Assembly: GCA_002269645.1 (NCBI GenBank)
Contig: NIVC01000757.1
Coordinates: 272,298-336,297, forward strand
DNA length: 64,000 bases
Direction: 5' to 3'
Source: Macrostomum lignano
Lineage: Eukaryota
The first letter of the stretch is position 1, and each line of letters begins with the position of its first letter. Made by a program: the position numbers and the translations under genes. The notes under the pieces were generated by a model. That model was not told the origin of the DNA and made no database searches. It was given only the letters and a program-made list of their open reading frames with translations. Below, piece after piece: positions 24,142 through 37,760 of this stretch.

Positions 24142-26722
24142 ATGCAGATGCGTCACTCTCTGCAGCTAATTTTTGCTGCGGTTGCTTCCGCCTCAGTGCT
24201 TCTATTGGTGGCCATAACAACTGTAGAAAGCAACTCGAGCACTAACAGACGCTCATTTACTCTGACGAACTCCAATAGTTTGATTGCACCAGTTGATTTC
24301 TATTCGGAGTTGAATACCGACAATGAGCTGCTTTGTTCCATGAAGTGCCGCTCCAAAGTTGAGAACTGCTTCGGTTTCTACTGGCTGCCGTTGAGCTTGA
24401 GCTGCCGATTGTTCAACGCTTCGTCTTACTTCAACCGCACAAACTGGTTGTTGGTCAGCTCTGAACTGACCAATATCTATACTGTGGTGTTCAGTAGTGA
24501 GTCGTACAATATGTATTCATATATTTTTATTCGATTTCGTGTTTGCGTGGTTTTTCTGGTTGAATAATTCAGGGATACGGCACATGTATGTAAAATTTTA
24601 AAAGGCTGGCAGGGGCGTCTTCATGGATTTTATGGTGGTTGGGGACAAAACCAAGAACTATACATGATGAAATTCCTACAAGTACATTATTTTCCGAAGC
24701 GGTGTTGTCAGCTAGCGATCACTTTGTCGCCGCAGGCACTCATTTTGGCGCCGCAGGCACTCATTTTGGCGCCGCAGGCACTCATTTTGGCGCCGCAGGC
24801 ATTCATTTTGGCGCCGCAGGCACTCATTTTGGCGCCGCAGCCACTCATTTTGGCACCGCAGACACTCATTTTGGCGCCGCAGGCACTCATTTTGGCGCCG
24901 CAGGCATTCATTTTGGCGCCGCAGACACTTATTTTGGCGCCGCAGGCACTCATTTTGGCGCCGCAGACACTCATTTTGGCGCTGCAGGCACTCATTTTGG
25001 TACTGCAGGCACTCATTTTGGTACTGCAGGCACTCATTTTGGTACTGCAGGCACTCATTTTGGTACTGCAGGCGCTATGTTTTGTAGCCCTGAAGCAAAA
25101 TTATTGATTTCCATAACGGTTCAACAAGGTGAGTTGGGGCCAAAGCATTAGCATGTCCCCCTATAGCTTAACTGGGGGGACAAGCCCCCCCCTTGAATGG
25201 CGACGCCTGAAGGCAGGTTTTCTAGCGAAAAGAAACATTAATTACGGAGATAAGAGGTTTTCATTGATCAGTCAGACCCAACAATGTTCATATTTTGGTA
25301 TGTCTTGCCTTTCTTATTCGTTCTATTAATTGATATTCATCGATTTTTCAGTTTTTCGTTCTGTAACACATTTTGTTACACAGTCAGCTAGGATCATAAA
25401 ACATTTTCTATGATTTTTAGGCACAGGACACATAGGTATAGGATATAAAATTAATGTAGAATCCTATAACTTTCTGAACAAGAATCTCTACGAATATAAA
25501 TATATAGTAGATCTATAAGTAAGGCAAGTCCAAAGATCAAATAGCTCGTATACACAAGATGGGCCACTCATTAACCACTTATGTGGCCATAGAAGCTAAT
25601 GTGAATCATGTTGCCCCTCGCGACAGCGCGAAAATCAACTACTGAACTCAATTTTGTCAGTAGTCTATGCAGTGCATGCATCATTCTTAGTTTGATTTGA
25701 GTATGTTTTTATTTAATTCATGTGAAGTTCTATCAAATTCTCAAAAAATAGCGTCTATGTCCCTATAAGCTACTGAACTCAAAATTTAAGCAACCCTATG
25801 TCGGCTTTTTCGCACAAGCGGCGAAAAACAAGCAGCGGTCGCGCTTTCCCTGTTGCCGAAATACAAATTGTGGCCCATCTAGGGAATAAGATCTAGTGGG
25901 CATCTCTCATATCAAAAGATCAACATTGGTACATCTGTCTCCTATCGAAATCCTTACCCATCATTCTACTTGAGTAGTCTTTGTCACAGAGACATTTCGC
26001 CTAAGAGACGTCTTAGTCTTAGACTAGCTTAGTCTTTACTTTCTACCTTAATTCGTGAGAATAATGCTCTTGAAGACCATGTTCTATTAGTAAGTTTCGA
26101 GCGCTTCAGCCCTACAGCCGCGAGCTCGTACATTATATCTTGAAGACCCTTCAAAATATGCCTGCACTGCACATATATATACGAGTATATTGTAAATTAC
26201 ATGTATGTGTAGCTTAATTCGTCTTTGTTTGACAAACTACTTTTAGCAGCTGGAAATGCATAATGTTGCAGTGAGTCCTTCGAACTCCTCCTTCTAACAA
26301 TCACTGCTCTAGATTTGTGGTCTTGGATACAGCCCACCAGCTGTCAGCAGAGCAGCACAGACCTCGGCGGAGTTTGCGATCGAGCCATCGATGGCAACTA
26401 TTCTCAGGAGTTTCAAACTGGCTCGTGTACCCACACCGGAAATTCTACTACTGACCAATGGTTTGAAGTGCAACTGCCACAGGTCTCCCGTGTGTGGTAC
26501 GTTCTGATTTATAAACGGACGGACTGCTGCAGCGACAGGCTCAACAACATCACGGTGCTAGTTGACGGTGTGGAGTGCATCAGTCAAGATTATACCAGCC
26601 CACTCTCTACTGCTGCCATTCTACTCTGCAATGGATTCGGAAGTCGAGTGCGTCTGGTGAGTCGGCTGCAAGAACCGTTTAGCCTCTGCGAGTTTCGAAT
26701 TATCGGAATGAACCTTGCTTAA
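24142..26722 (+). CDS. Secreted PAN/apple-like plus F-type lectin protein B, 254 aa (tandem paralogue of A)
   Basis: Exons 24142-24496 (donor A|GTGAGT) and 26313-26722, phase-1 intron at the same position as in gene A. Motifs CSMKC..CFGFYW..SCRLF and CQQSST..CDRAIDG..SCTHT..QWFEVQL..IYKRTDCCSDRL..FSLCEF. Confidence 0.87.
24610..25209. mobile_element. hAT-like MITE, 600 bp, carrying an internal 21-bp array
   Basis: Ends CAGGGGCGTC.. / ..GACGCCTG (imperfect TIR); flanks AAGGCTGG and AAGGCAGG give an 8-bp TSD with one mismatch. Confidence 0.5.
24726..25072. repeat. 21-bp minisatellite (GGCGCCGCAGGCACTCATTTT), about 16 copies
   Basis: Tandem periodicity inside the lectin B intron. Confidence 0.95.
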
Positions 26723-26777
26723 GCTGACCCACGCGCTCGTCGGGAAATTTACGTAGCTAAATTAAAGGAACATTGTA

Positions 26778-27222
26778 CCATGACCTTGTGCCTGCTGGGC
26801 ACTTATTCTTGCCTTTGAATGCCATAGACTACATTTAAGCCCGCTTGCAGGAGTCAAACTTACTTTAATGCAAATTAGCGGGCAGTTAATGACATTTAAC
26901 GCCCGATTTTCTATGTCAAACTTACTTTAATGCAAATTAGCTGCCCATACGCGCTGCGGAAATCCAAAGGTCGACTGACGACTTTGGCTGACGACTTTGG
27001 TTATAGGTTGACGACTTTGGCGGGATGGAGCCAGTAAGTGGCATCGAAAAAATTTGAGCGAATTTGCATTAAAGTAAGTTTGACATAGACAATCGGGCGT
27101 TAAATGTCATTAACTGCCTGCTAATTTGCATTAAATTAAGTGTGACTCCTGCAAGCGGGCTTAAATGTAGTTTATGGCATTAAAAGGCAAGAATAAGTGC
27201 CCAGCGGGCATAAAGGTCATGG
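26778..27222. mobile_element. Fold-back MITE, 445 bp, with about 165-bp TIRs and TA flanks (Tc1/mariner-like)
   Basis: CCATGACCTTGTGCCTGCTGGGCACTTATTCTTGCC.. is nearly perfectly inverted at ..GGCAAGAATAAGTGCCCAGCGGGCATAAAGGTCATGG; TA at 26776-26777 and 27223-27224. Confidence 0.8.
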
Positions 27223-29330
27223 TAAATGGGAATGGGAAATGGGAAAATCAGAGGGCGCCGTTAGGCGCCCGAGGATTTCTCATCAACGCCCGCAAAGCAT
27301 GGGTATTAATGTACTAATGACCGTGTCGGAAAACCGAAGAAAATAAGCTGGTCCGTTGGTTTAAAGCTTTTTTGTCTATATTAATGCATGCTTGTCCTAT
27401 ACGCCTGATCCTGACTTCAACTTACAAATTTCTAATCATTTTATTTATAGATTTGTTCTTTGAGGTTAAGTTATAATTTGAAGAAATTACATTCTGTTAC
27501 ACTCTTCTGACTCGTGCTTGAACGATACGCGCGCATGCTTAATGAATATCATTGATTGATTTTCTTAGAAAGAATATTGACACGAAGTTGCGCGTCTGTT
27601 GCATCACACAATAAATTAAATCTAACGATCTACAATTGGGTACATGTAAGGGGGCCGGCCAAATAAGTTGTGACTTGAAAAAAATGTAGGCCGATTTTTC
27701 CCTGAATTCTTACTTCTAATTATTTGGTCTCGGTGGACATGGTGGCTTAAGCGCGTTAAAAATCCGTTGTAATGTCTAAAAAACTATTTCTATTGACTGA
27801 AAAAATATTTTCAGACTATAGACGAATTTCTCTGCGTTTTACGAGTTTAATGACTATAATCCTTTGTTTTCATAAGCTTTCTCACTTTTTATTGCTTTTT
27901 TTATCCGGCAAATATAATATTTTGTTTTAATCTTCTTGAGAATTTTTTGACTGAAATTTCAAAACTTTCCTCCTTTCCAGCAATATAAATTTCTGCTGTC
28001 CAATTACTTTGGCTATAGAATTATTTTTAGCATGAATTTCAAGCTTTAATTACGTATCTTTAATGCACTGCTGTAATCAAGTCCATTTCCTGCTAGTTTC
28101 ATATTTTTACTATATTCTACTTTCTCTTCGTAAACTCACTTTCTACTTTAAAAACGTTATATACTAATTCACTACATATTCAGTAGGATTGAAGAATATT
28201 TTGAATCTATGCTTTTTATTAAGCTACTGAGTTCCGTGGTTACGAGTATTTTAAGTATGGTTGAAAATAAAAACATAAAAAATTACCTCAAAACATTTGT
28301 TTCCAAACATATCTATTCTTAGATAGAAATCACGAAAATTAAATAACTGCAGGTTGTGTGCAGTTTTGAACTCCAACTTTCTGAATTCGCAATAAAATGG
28401 TTACTCGTACGAGCTAAGTAAAATTCTTTACACTTTCAGATCAAGAAAGGGCTTTAATTTTTCCGATGAATATCTAAATCCCTTGGTAATTACAGTCGTG
28501 AAATTGGGTTTTACAATCGAATTGGAGTATAAGAAATCTCCCAATTCGAATTCCGTGACTCTTGCCTCTGTGGGACAAAAATTGTACATTTTAACAAACT
28601 GATTGAAAATGCAGAAATCTTGGTGAATTAGGGAGCGGCTTTTTGATTCGTTTGGAGTGCACGAACTTTATCTGATTTTCTTGTCGTGACTGAAGGAATT
28701 TCGATCATTGCTGATTAACGATGAGATCCACGTCAATCACGAGATCGCAAGGGTGCAAGTCACGGGTGTGCTCATAGCGGTACTCAAACTGGTCTATGGA
28801 ATTTCGGAGTCAATAGTTATGGCAGCGTACAGATAGACAGGTAGACAAGTCAATGGCTAAAATTTTACAAAGATCATACTAATAAGCGTTTATCGAAACA
28901 CCGCTATAGCTAAATATACAATCTTAGCAAGAGGCCTATAAATTACCGTACTCATTCAATAAGGCAAACAGAGCAAGAGCTAATGCGAGTCAATTGTAAT
29001 AAATTTAGCAACAGAGCTATCACAACAATTGCTGCGCCCAAAGGAAGAACTGCAGGGATTTTTGAAATCATCAAGCTTCTTGTAGATGTTTTTTAATCTC
29101 TAAAACTCATTGTTGAACAAAGAAGACACAAGAAGCAAGTGGCTTGAAGTATTTGGTAACATTGGATCTATTTTACAAGGAGCAATGGTTGAATTCTGTC
29201 TCATCAGGCATTTTTTAAGTCGACTCTCGCTCTAAATGCAAGAGTAATTCGGGCGCAGCAGAATGACTTTCAGCAGACATGGGAAAAATGGCTTTCTAGA
29301 TCGCCAGCTTGCTTATCAAAGGATCAAAGG

Positions 29331-30572
29331 CTACAACGATGTCAACATGCTGGTCGTCTGCAGCACCTCGCCAGCCGCGGTTCGCTGCAGCCTCTGTCTG
29401 GCCAACTCCGCGCCAATTTCCAGCTCCGTGATGCGAAATGCCCGACGCAGCTGCAGTGTGAAGGCGATGAGCAGCAGGCCAGCGAGTGGAAAGTAGGTTA
29501 GATGAAGCCAGTAGACAGCGTTCACCGCAGACTCTTCGATCGGCTGTCTGGAGGGCAGATTGCGCAGCACCGTTTGCAGCATCGCGGTTGCACAGTGGGG
29601 CAGCTGGGTGACCGCTTGCAGAAAGCTCAGCATTAGCAGCAGAGTTCGAGCAGTTCGTATCGGACGACCGAGCAGCAGTCGCGGCTCGCACCTGTAATAA
29701 CCTCTGCTGCCTTCGATTGAAGCGGCGATCACCATCGCTCCACCGAATCCGTTGCCTTGAATTCGCGCCCTGCGCAGCGACTGTTGCGGATTCTGTCGGC
29801 GACATCTTCTCTGTTTGTCGCGTCTTCGATAGCGCGATGGACTTCGCTGATTTTCGTTGTTCAACTCGCCGTGGTCAGCGTAATTGCCAGCCCGATAGTG
29901 GTAGACTTCGTTGAAGTCCTCGGTGTCGGACGAATCAACTGATCCGCCGTCGCCCCGACTGTCCTCGTCTCTGTAGGGCTTGTAGGCGCACAGCAGGCAG
30001 GTCAGGGCCAGCTGGGCCAGCAGCGGCGCGGCCAGCAGAACAGTCAGCGGCGCCAGCCAGGCCCAGCGCTCGAGCATCAGGCAGCGACCCTCGTTGCGCA
30101 GCGCCGACTCCGTGGACTCCTTGTGCATGAGTAGGACCGGTAGCAGTCCCAGGCTGCAGGCCGCCCAAGGCAGACAGTGCGCGGTGAGGTAACACAGCCT
30201 GGTGCAGCTCTGGCCGCATCGCCTTGGCGGATACCGGACGCTTCGAAAGCAGACAATGACACCAGCTGTCAGGTACAGGTACAGAGCAGGCAGGAACAGC
30301 CGGCAGAACAGGTAGATCTTGCAGCAGACTCGCCACACCGGCTGGTCCAGGTGCCGATCAACCGACAGCAGCAGCGAGTGAATCGATGTCACCAGGCCGG
30401 CGTGGAGACAGCCGACCAGGCCGGCGTGGAAGCACAGGCCGTGCAGCAGGTCGCCGTAGCGCCTGCAGCCGCCGAACAGAGCAGCTCCGGCCAGAGCCAG
30501 ATTGATGGCGCCGCTGACGCCGGCCAAGCAGAGCCCGAGGACGCCTCCCGGCCAAGCAATTGGCGTCGGCAT
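29331..30572 (-). CDS. Intronless rhodopsin-like (class A) orphan GPCR, 413 aa, with divergent motifs
   Basis: Seven hydrophobic segments in GPCR spacing; Cys at the top of TM3 (CCKIY) and in ECL2 (GRCLM); TM4 Trp and Pro; long charged ICL3; TM6 QLP; helix-8-like LRRAF. Confidence 0.8.
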   Translation of the reverse strand: MPTPIAWPGGVLGLCLAGVSGAINLALAGAALFGGCRRYGDLLHGLCFHAGLVGCLHAGLVTSIHSLLLSVDRHLDQPVWRVCCKIYLFCRLFLPALYLYLTAGVIVCFRSVRYPPRRCGQSCTRLCYLTAHCLPWAACSLGLLPVLLMHKESTESALRNEGRCLMLERWAWLAPLTVLLAAPLLAQLALTCLLCAYKPYRDEDSRGDGGSVDSSDTEDFNEVYHYRAGNYADHGELNNENQRSPSRYRRRDKQRRCRRQNPQQSLRRARIQGNGFGGAMVIAASIEGSRGYYRCEPRLLLGRPIRTARTLLLMLSFLQAVTQLPHCATAMLQTVLRNLPSRQPIEESAVNAVYWLHLTYFPLAGLLLIAFTLQLRRAFRITELEIGAELARQRLQRTAAGEVLQTTSMLTSL

Positions 30573-31914
30573 TCAGCTGGCGTTGTCTTCGAGTGCAGCT
30601 GGCAGCATGTCCGCGGATTTCCTTGCAGAGTGCGGTGTGCAGATAAATATAAAATACTTGCCAACGCCAGCGCAACTAACGCACGCGTTTTTATCCCAAT
30701 TTTTTATCCCAAAAATCCCAAACTCGTCCTCTCTGCCGCTTCCTTCCCCTACCCGCAACCGAAGAGCGACATAGAATTCAGATTCGTGTGTCCCGCTCCC
30801 TCCGTCCCTTGCTCCCTCTTCCCCTATTTTCCTCTCCCAGAAGGAAATCGCTATATTAGATCGAGGGTCTCTCATGCCCAGAAACCTTCGGCCAACCAAA
30901 GTCAATTTTTCTCCCATTTTTCCTGTCCCTGTCCGCTCTCTCTCTCTCTCTCTCTCTCACGGTCGGCGCCCCAACCCAAATCCATATTTTGTGTGATTTT
31001 GGCGAAAGTCTCCCACCAAAGAAGGCAAAAAAGAGGTGGGGAGAGGAGTTGCCGTAGGGGTTGGATCGGTGGGTCCGGGTTAAAGCCCTGAGGATATTTC
31101 TCCTATCAGCTATATTCTGCAGGCCGGACGGACAGACTGGCGTGAACAACGGGCTTATTCCGCAAGCAGTCAGTCAGGCAATCCTTGAGGGGTCAGTGTG
31201 TCGCAATTGTTGCCATAGTGACTCGCAAAGATCATATAAGTGTATATGCTATATATAGTAGTACATTTTCATTACATTTATATCTTGAAGGTTTTACATC
31301 TTTCTAAACTCGCGTGTAATCTACGTGATGCAGCAGTCTGACTGACCCTTACCACTCAATTCCTCTTTCCCACGCTCTTCACCTCTCCTCTCTCCATCTC
31401 CGTCTCTATCAGCCGTCCTTTCTTGCCCTGCACTCCCCCTCGATGCTCCCCTGTGCCCCACCGCAGTAATAATGCCTCAAATAGTCTTCTCCGTCTGAAC
31501 TTCTCTCTGTCCTTCAGTCACGGATTGATGATAAAATTTAAAGTCCTTGGGATAATGATTGTCCCTGCAGGGCACAGATAATTGCAGTCATGGCTGCACG
31601 CATGCAACTCGAATGCAATTTTAATTTCTTAAATTAGATTAGATTTACTGTACATGTAGGCATGGCATAAGATTTTCATTTGTGCTTATAAACACTCAAA
31701 GACTTTTTACAGACTTGCTTTCTTCTTTAGTGAAGCATACTACTAAAGTAATTTTTAAAGAGGTACTGGATAGAATCCGGCATCTATATTTTTCCTTTAT
31801 ATGTTTCATTCTGGGTCATCTAATCTCTCATATATTTACTTTTAATATCTCTTTCTAATCCTCTAATCTCTCTTTTTTCTCTAATCTCACTGTTTTTTCC
31901 TCTAATCTCGCTCT

Positions 31915-32320
31915 CAGTCTAATCTTTTCTAATCTCAGTCTAATCTCAGTCTAATCTCAGTCCAATCTCATCTAATCTCAGTCTAATCTTATCCAATCTC
32001 AGTCTAATCTCAGTCTAATCTCATCTAATCTCAGTCTAATCTCAGTCTAATTTCATCTAATCTCAGTCTAATCTCAGTCTAATCTCAGTCTAATCTCAGT
32101 CTAATCTCATCTAATCTCAGTCTAATCTCATTCTAATCTCAGTCTAATCTTATCCAATCTCAGTCTAATCTTCTCTTTTTTCACTCTTGTATCCTCTAAT
32201 CCTTCACAGTTCTCCTTTAATCTCAGTCTAATCTTCTCTTTTTTCACTCTTGTATCCTCTAATCCTTCACATTTCTCCTTTAATCTCAGTCTAATCTTAT
32301 CCAATCTCAGTCTAATCTTC
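31915..32320. repeat. 11-bp satellite (TCTAATCTCAG) plus a longer duplicated unit
   Basis: Seen directly. Confidence 0.9.
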
Positions 32321-32929
32321 TCTTTTTTCACTCTTGTATCCTCTAATCCTTCACATTTCTCCTTTAATCTCTGTCCTCTTCTCCTAGTTTCTCTCTAACC
32401 TTATACATTAGTTACGGACCCACTGACAGGTGAAAGTCAGGTAAAAATTTATCGATGACAGATTGGCCGAAATGCTCATAGCTGCTGCTGCATTTGAGAC
32501 GGGAAGAAAGAAACGGAGTTGCTAGGGCTATGAAACGGCAAGGAAAAAAGTTTAGCCTCTCTCGGGTTAGCCAACAGAATAGGATGGAGAATCGACACTG
32601 ATCCCACAGTTTGGGAAGAAAGACAAGCATATTTCCCAATTCCTACCTTTCCCTTTTTGTCATAGTTGCTGGGCATCTGCAAACTGTCACTCAACTTTGA
32701 ACTTCACAACAGCCAGGCTTCGCTTTTTGGCCAGAAAAAGAGGACACGAAATAAAGTTGGGAATGGCGCAGAATAAAGTTTATGTAGCTAAAATAAATTG
32801 CCATTTTGTACCTTGCCTGTGCCATTGTTATTGTCGCGTGCCATTTTTAATTTTAAGAAGCCATTTTTATTTTTTAGATGCAATTTTATATATTTGGATG
32901 TCATTTTTAATTTTTGGTGCCATTTTTAA

Positions 32930-33185
32930 TTTTTGTGGCATTTCTTATTGTAGGGTGCCATTTTTCATTGTAGAGTGCCATTTTTCATTGTAGGGTGCCA
33001 TTTTTCATTGTAGGGTGCCATTTTTCATTGTAGGGTGCCATTTTTCATTGTAGGGTGCCATTTTTCATTGTAGGGTGCCATTTTTCATTGTAGGGTGCCA
33101 TTTTTAATTGTAGGGTGCCATTTTCAATTGTAGGGTGCCATTTTTGATTTTAAGGTGCCATTTTAATTGTAGGGTGCCATTTTTA
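32930..33185. repeat. 20-bp minisatellite (TAGGGTGCCATTTTTCATTG)
   Basis: Seen directly; degenerate GCCATTTT copies extend on both sides. Confidence 0.9.
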
Positions 33186-33668
33186 ACTTTGGAGCTTTTG
33201 AAGGCTAAAAGACGCCATTTTATCGCTTTAGAATGTCATTGTTAACGTTGGCACCATTGTCATAGTCAAAGCTAAGGAACTTACGAACTTGACGCCATTG
33301 TGCAAATCAGTGGCGCCATTATCAGAACTAGACATTGCGTAGACTCTATCTATGCAGCCAGGTCTCACCCTCATGTGTAACATCGATCCAATTCGTTAAC
33401 AATCAAACTCTTAATTATAAGTCTAATTGCGACGCATTAGCCGTAGATGGCACAGATTGCTGTGAGGGTCCTGCGAGGAATATTTCTCTCCTTCAGAACA
33501 TGAATCGGGCTGGCACCGCAGCCCCGGCCACTCAAATCAAATCTGTGCCGCCAGATTTAACGGGAAATTTATAACCCTCACCGGACTGAAGGGGCTGCAC
33601 TCCCAATTAGCTAATGGACTGCGGTCTTGCCTGCGCGATAGAAGTAGTTACTTTGATAGAATGCTTAC

Positions 33669-34512
<844 letters not shown>

Positions 34513-34819
34513 AGGACTGCACAGGACTTGCCTGTAAACCGAGAGCCAGGGCTTAGGACGTGAGGGGCAGGTGGAGGCCGGACTATTTCGAGATGGAAAT
34601 CCGCAGAGATGGGAGCTTCAGGTCTCCAATGCGTGCCAAGCGGAGAAGTACACCTGGACAACTGTTTATAGGCCATGAACAGGTGTTGTTTAAAATTAAG
34701 CATGACTTTCTATCCCGGAAAATCAGAGGATGCCTGGTTGCTATCGCATGTACAATGTGGCAAAGATAGGTGTGGCAACTACAATAAGTGAGGTCAAAAG
34801 CAGTGGGTTTTTGGAGGAC

Positions 34820-35560
34820 GATATAGATGGATAGAGATGGATCGAAGTGGGAATAGGTGGATATAAAGCTGGATAAAGATTGGCAAGATGCAGATAAATT
34901 TATTTAAAGGTGCATAAATAGGAATGGATGCAGAGAGAGGTGCGTAGGGGTGGATAAATGCGAATAGATGAGGATTGGGGTGAATAGATGTGGATAGCAG
35001 TGGATAGATGTGGATAGCAGTGGATAGATGTGGATAGCAGTGGATAGATGTGGATAGCAGTTGATAGATAGATGTGGATAGCAGTGGATAGATGTGGATA
35101 GCAGTGGATAGATGTGGATAGCAGTGGATAGATAGATGTGGATAGCAGTGGATAGATAGATGTGGATAGCAGTGGATAGATGTGGATAGCAGTGGATAGA
35201 TGTGGATGGCGGTGGAGAGATGTGGATAGCAGTGGATAGATAGATGTGGATAGCAGTGGATAGATGTGGATGGCGGTGGATAGATGTGGATAGGAGTGGA
35301 TAGATGTGGATAGCAGTGGATAGATGTGGATAGCAGTGGATAGATGTGGATAGGAGTGGATAGGAGTGGATAGATGTGGATAGGAGTGGATAGATGTGGA
35401 TAGATGTGGATAGATGTGGATAGATGTGGATAGAAGTGAATAGGAGTGGATAGATGTGAATAGGAGTGGATAGATGTGGATAGGAGTGGATAGATGTGGA
35501 TAGAAGTGGGTAAGGGTGGATAGATGTGGATAGAGGTGTATAGATGTGGATAGATATGAA
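34820..35560. repeat. 10/20-bp satellite (GTGGATAGAT GTGGATAGCA)
   Basis: Seen directly. Confidence 0.92.
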
Positions 35561-35926
35561 TAGGGGTAGAGAGCTATACTCAAAATATCTTACTCAAAAG
35601 ATATTCGGAAAAAATCGCTCTGCAATCTCGCACGCCCACTTTGCTTAAAAAAGTACATCTTGCTCTCCATCTAGCTCCTTCAGCTCCTACAGCTCTCAAT
35701 CACTGAGGGCAAGCCCTTCTCTTGGGAAATTCACGGGGAACTAATGAGCTTTGAGACGCATTAATAGACCATTATAAGCTGGAGAAAGCTCAACTGGAGA
35801 TTACCAGAAAATTTATTGATTGTGAGAAAGAAATCGGATGAAGCTGATTGATTGAGAATTTTTGACACGCAATGGACTGAACGCTGATCTGCGCTGACTG
35901 AGACAAGTGCTGGGCAAAATGGAGCT

Positions 35927-36725
35927 TGGCGCCACTGGCATCTACTTGGCGCCAGTGGCATCTATTTTGGCGCCACTGGCATCTATTTTGGCGTCACTAG
36001 CATCTTTTTTGGCGCCATTAGCATCCATTTTAGCGCCACTGACATCTACTTTGGCGCCACTGACATCTATTTTGGCGTCACTAGCATCTTTTTTGGCGCC
36101 ATTAGCATCCATTTTAGCGCCACTGACATCTACTTTGGCGCCACTGACATCTATTTTGGCGCCACTGTCATCAATTTGGCGCCACTGACATCTTTTTTGG
36201 CGCCACTGCCTTCTATTTTGGCGCCACTGGCATCTATTTTGGCGCCATTAGCATCTATTTTAGCGCCACTGGCATCTCTTCTGGCGCCATTAGCATCTAT
36301 TTTCGCGCCACTGTCATCTATTTTAGCGCCACTGTCATTTATTTTAGCGCCACTGTCATTTATTTTGGCGACACTGTCATTTATTTTAGCGCCACTGTCA
36401 TTTATTTTGGCACCACTATCATCGATTTTAGCGCCACTGGCATATATTTTGGCGCAGCTGTCATCGATTTTAGCGCCATTAGCATCTATTTTAGCGCCAC
36501 TGTCATCTATTTTAGCGCCACTGTCATTTATTTTAGCGCCACTGTCATTTATTTTGGCGACACTGTCATTTATTTTAGCGCCACTGTCATTTATTTTGGC
36601 ACCACTATCATCGATTTTAGCACCACTGGCATATATTTTAGCGCCACTGTCATCTATTTTGGCGCCACTGGCATCTATTTTGGCGCCACCGGCATCTATT
36701 TTGGCGCCACTGGCACTACTGTGGC
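35927..36725. repeat. 21-bp minisatellite (GGCGCCACTGGCATCTATTTT)
   Basis: Tandem periodicity; explains the ILAPLAS ORFs. Confidence 0.93.
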
Positions 36726-37234
36726 ACCATAACTTGAGAACTGCTCATTGCAAGCTCATATGCATATGCAAAGGAGGGTTGTAAAAATGGGTGGTAAAAG
36801 TCTGACTTAAAAAATAACCGGTTCGAACTCGAAAGGCCGACTCAGAAGGAACCCTCGAGCTGACAGGCCATCTCCCTTCCCCACCATCAAATTCGGGGGA
36901 GTTCTCCACTCGAACCCAGCAATGGCCTCACCGGAAAGGGGAGTGCTGGCACTCTTCACTCAAGAGTCATTGGCCTTGCCTTCCCAGCAAATTGAGCTCC
37001 CAGCAAAGAAGACCCCAGTGTTAGTACAGTCTCAACAGCTGGTCTGCTTTCATATAGTGGCGTCTTGTAAGGATTCTTGTCAGAAATCGCACTGTTCTGA
37101 CACTACAGCTCTTCCTTCTCACCCAGCGCTTTCGCAATTTGGCTCTCTGAATCTGCAGCAGCACATTAATTCGATTGATAGCTTCATTCCTTCAGGTTTA
37201 ATTTCAACCTCAGCTTCAGAGCAACTGCATCCGT

Positions 37235-37760
37235 CATTAATGCCATCCAATCTCATCCGTCATTAATGCCATCCAATCTCATCCATCATTAATGCCATCC
37301 AATCTCATCCATCATTAATCCCATCCAATCTCATCCATCATCAATCCCATCCAATCTCATCCATCATTAATGCCATCCAATCTCATCCATCATTAATGCC
37401 ATCCAATCTCATCCATCATTAATGCCATCCAATCTCATCCATCATTAATCCCATCCAATCTCATCCGTCATCAATCCCATCCAATCTCATCCATCATCAA
37501 TGCCATCCAATTTCATGCATAATTTATCTCATCCCATCTTATCTATCACAAATCTCATCCCATCTTATCCATCACAAATCTTATCCTTCAATAATCTCAT
37601 CCCATCTCATCCATTACAAATCTTATCCATCACAAATCTCATCGCATCTTATCCATCATCAATCCTATCCTATCTCTTCCATAATCAATCTCATCCAATC
37701 TCCCTTATCACCAATCTTATCTAATCTCATCCATTATCGATCTCATCCAATCTCATTCAA
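37235..37760. repeat. 26-bp minisatellite (TAATGCCATCCAATCTCATCCATCAT) decaying into CATC-rich sequence
   Basis: Seen directly. Confidence 0.88.

Noticed and set aside
27850-28760. Protein-like fragments on the - strand upstream of the GPCR 3' end
   Set aside because: Multiple stops and only vague hAT-like resemblance; cannot be supported without a search.
30177-31091. Antisense ORFs over the GPCR (and 58991..59797 over lingerer, 16310..16810 over PHF14)
   Set aside because: Shadow ORFs of GC-rich coding exons with no recognisable motifs.
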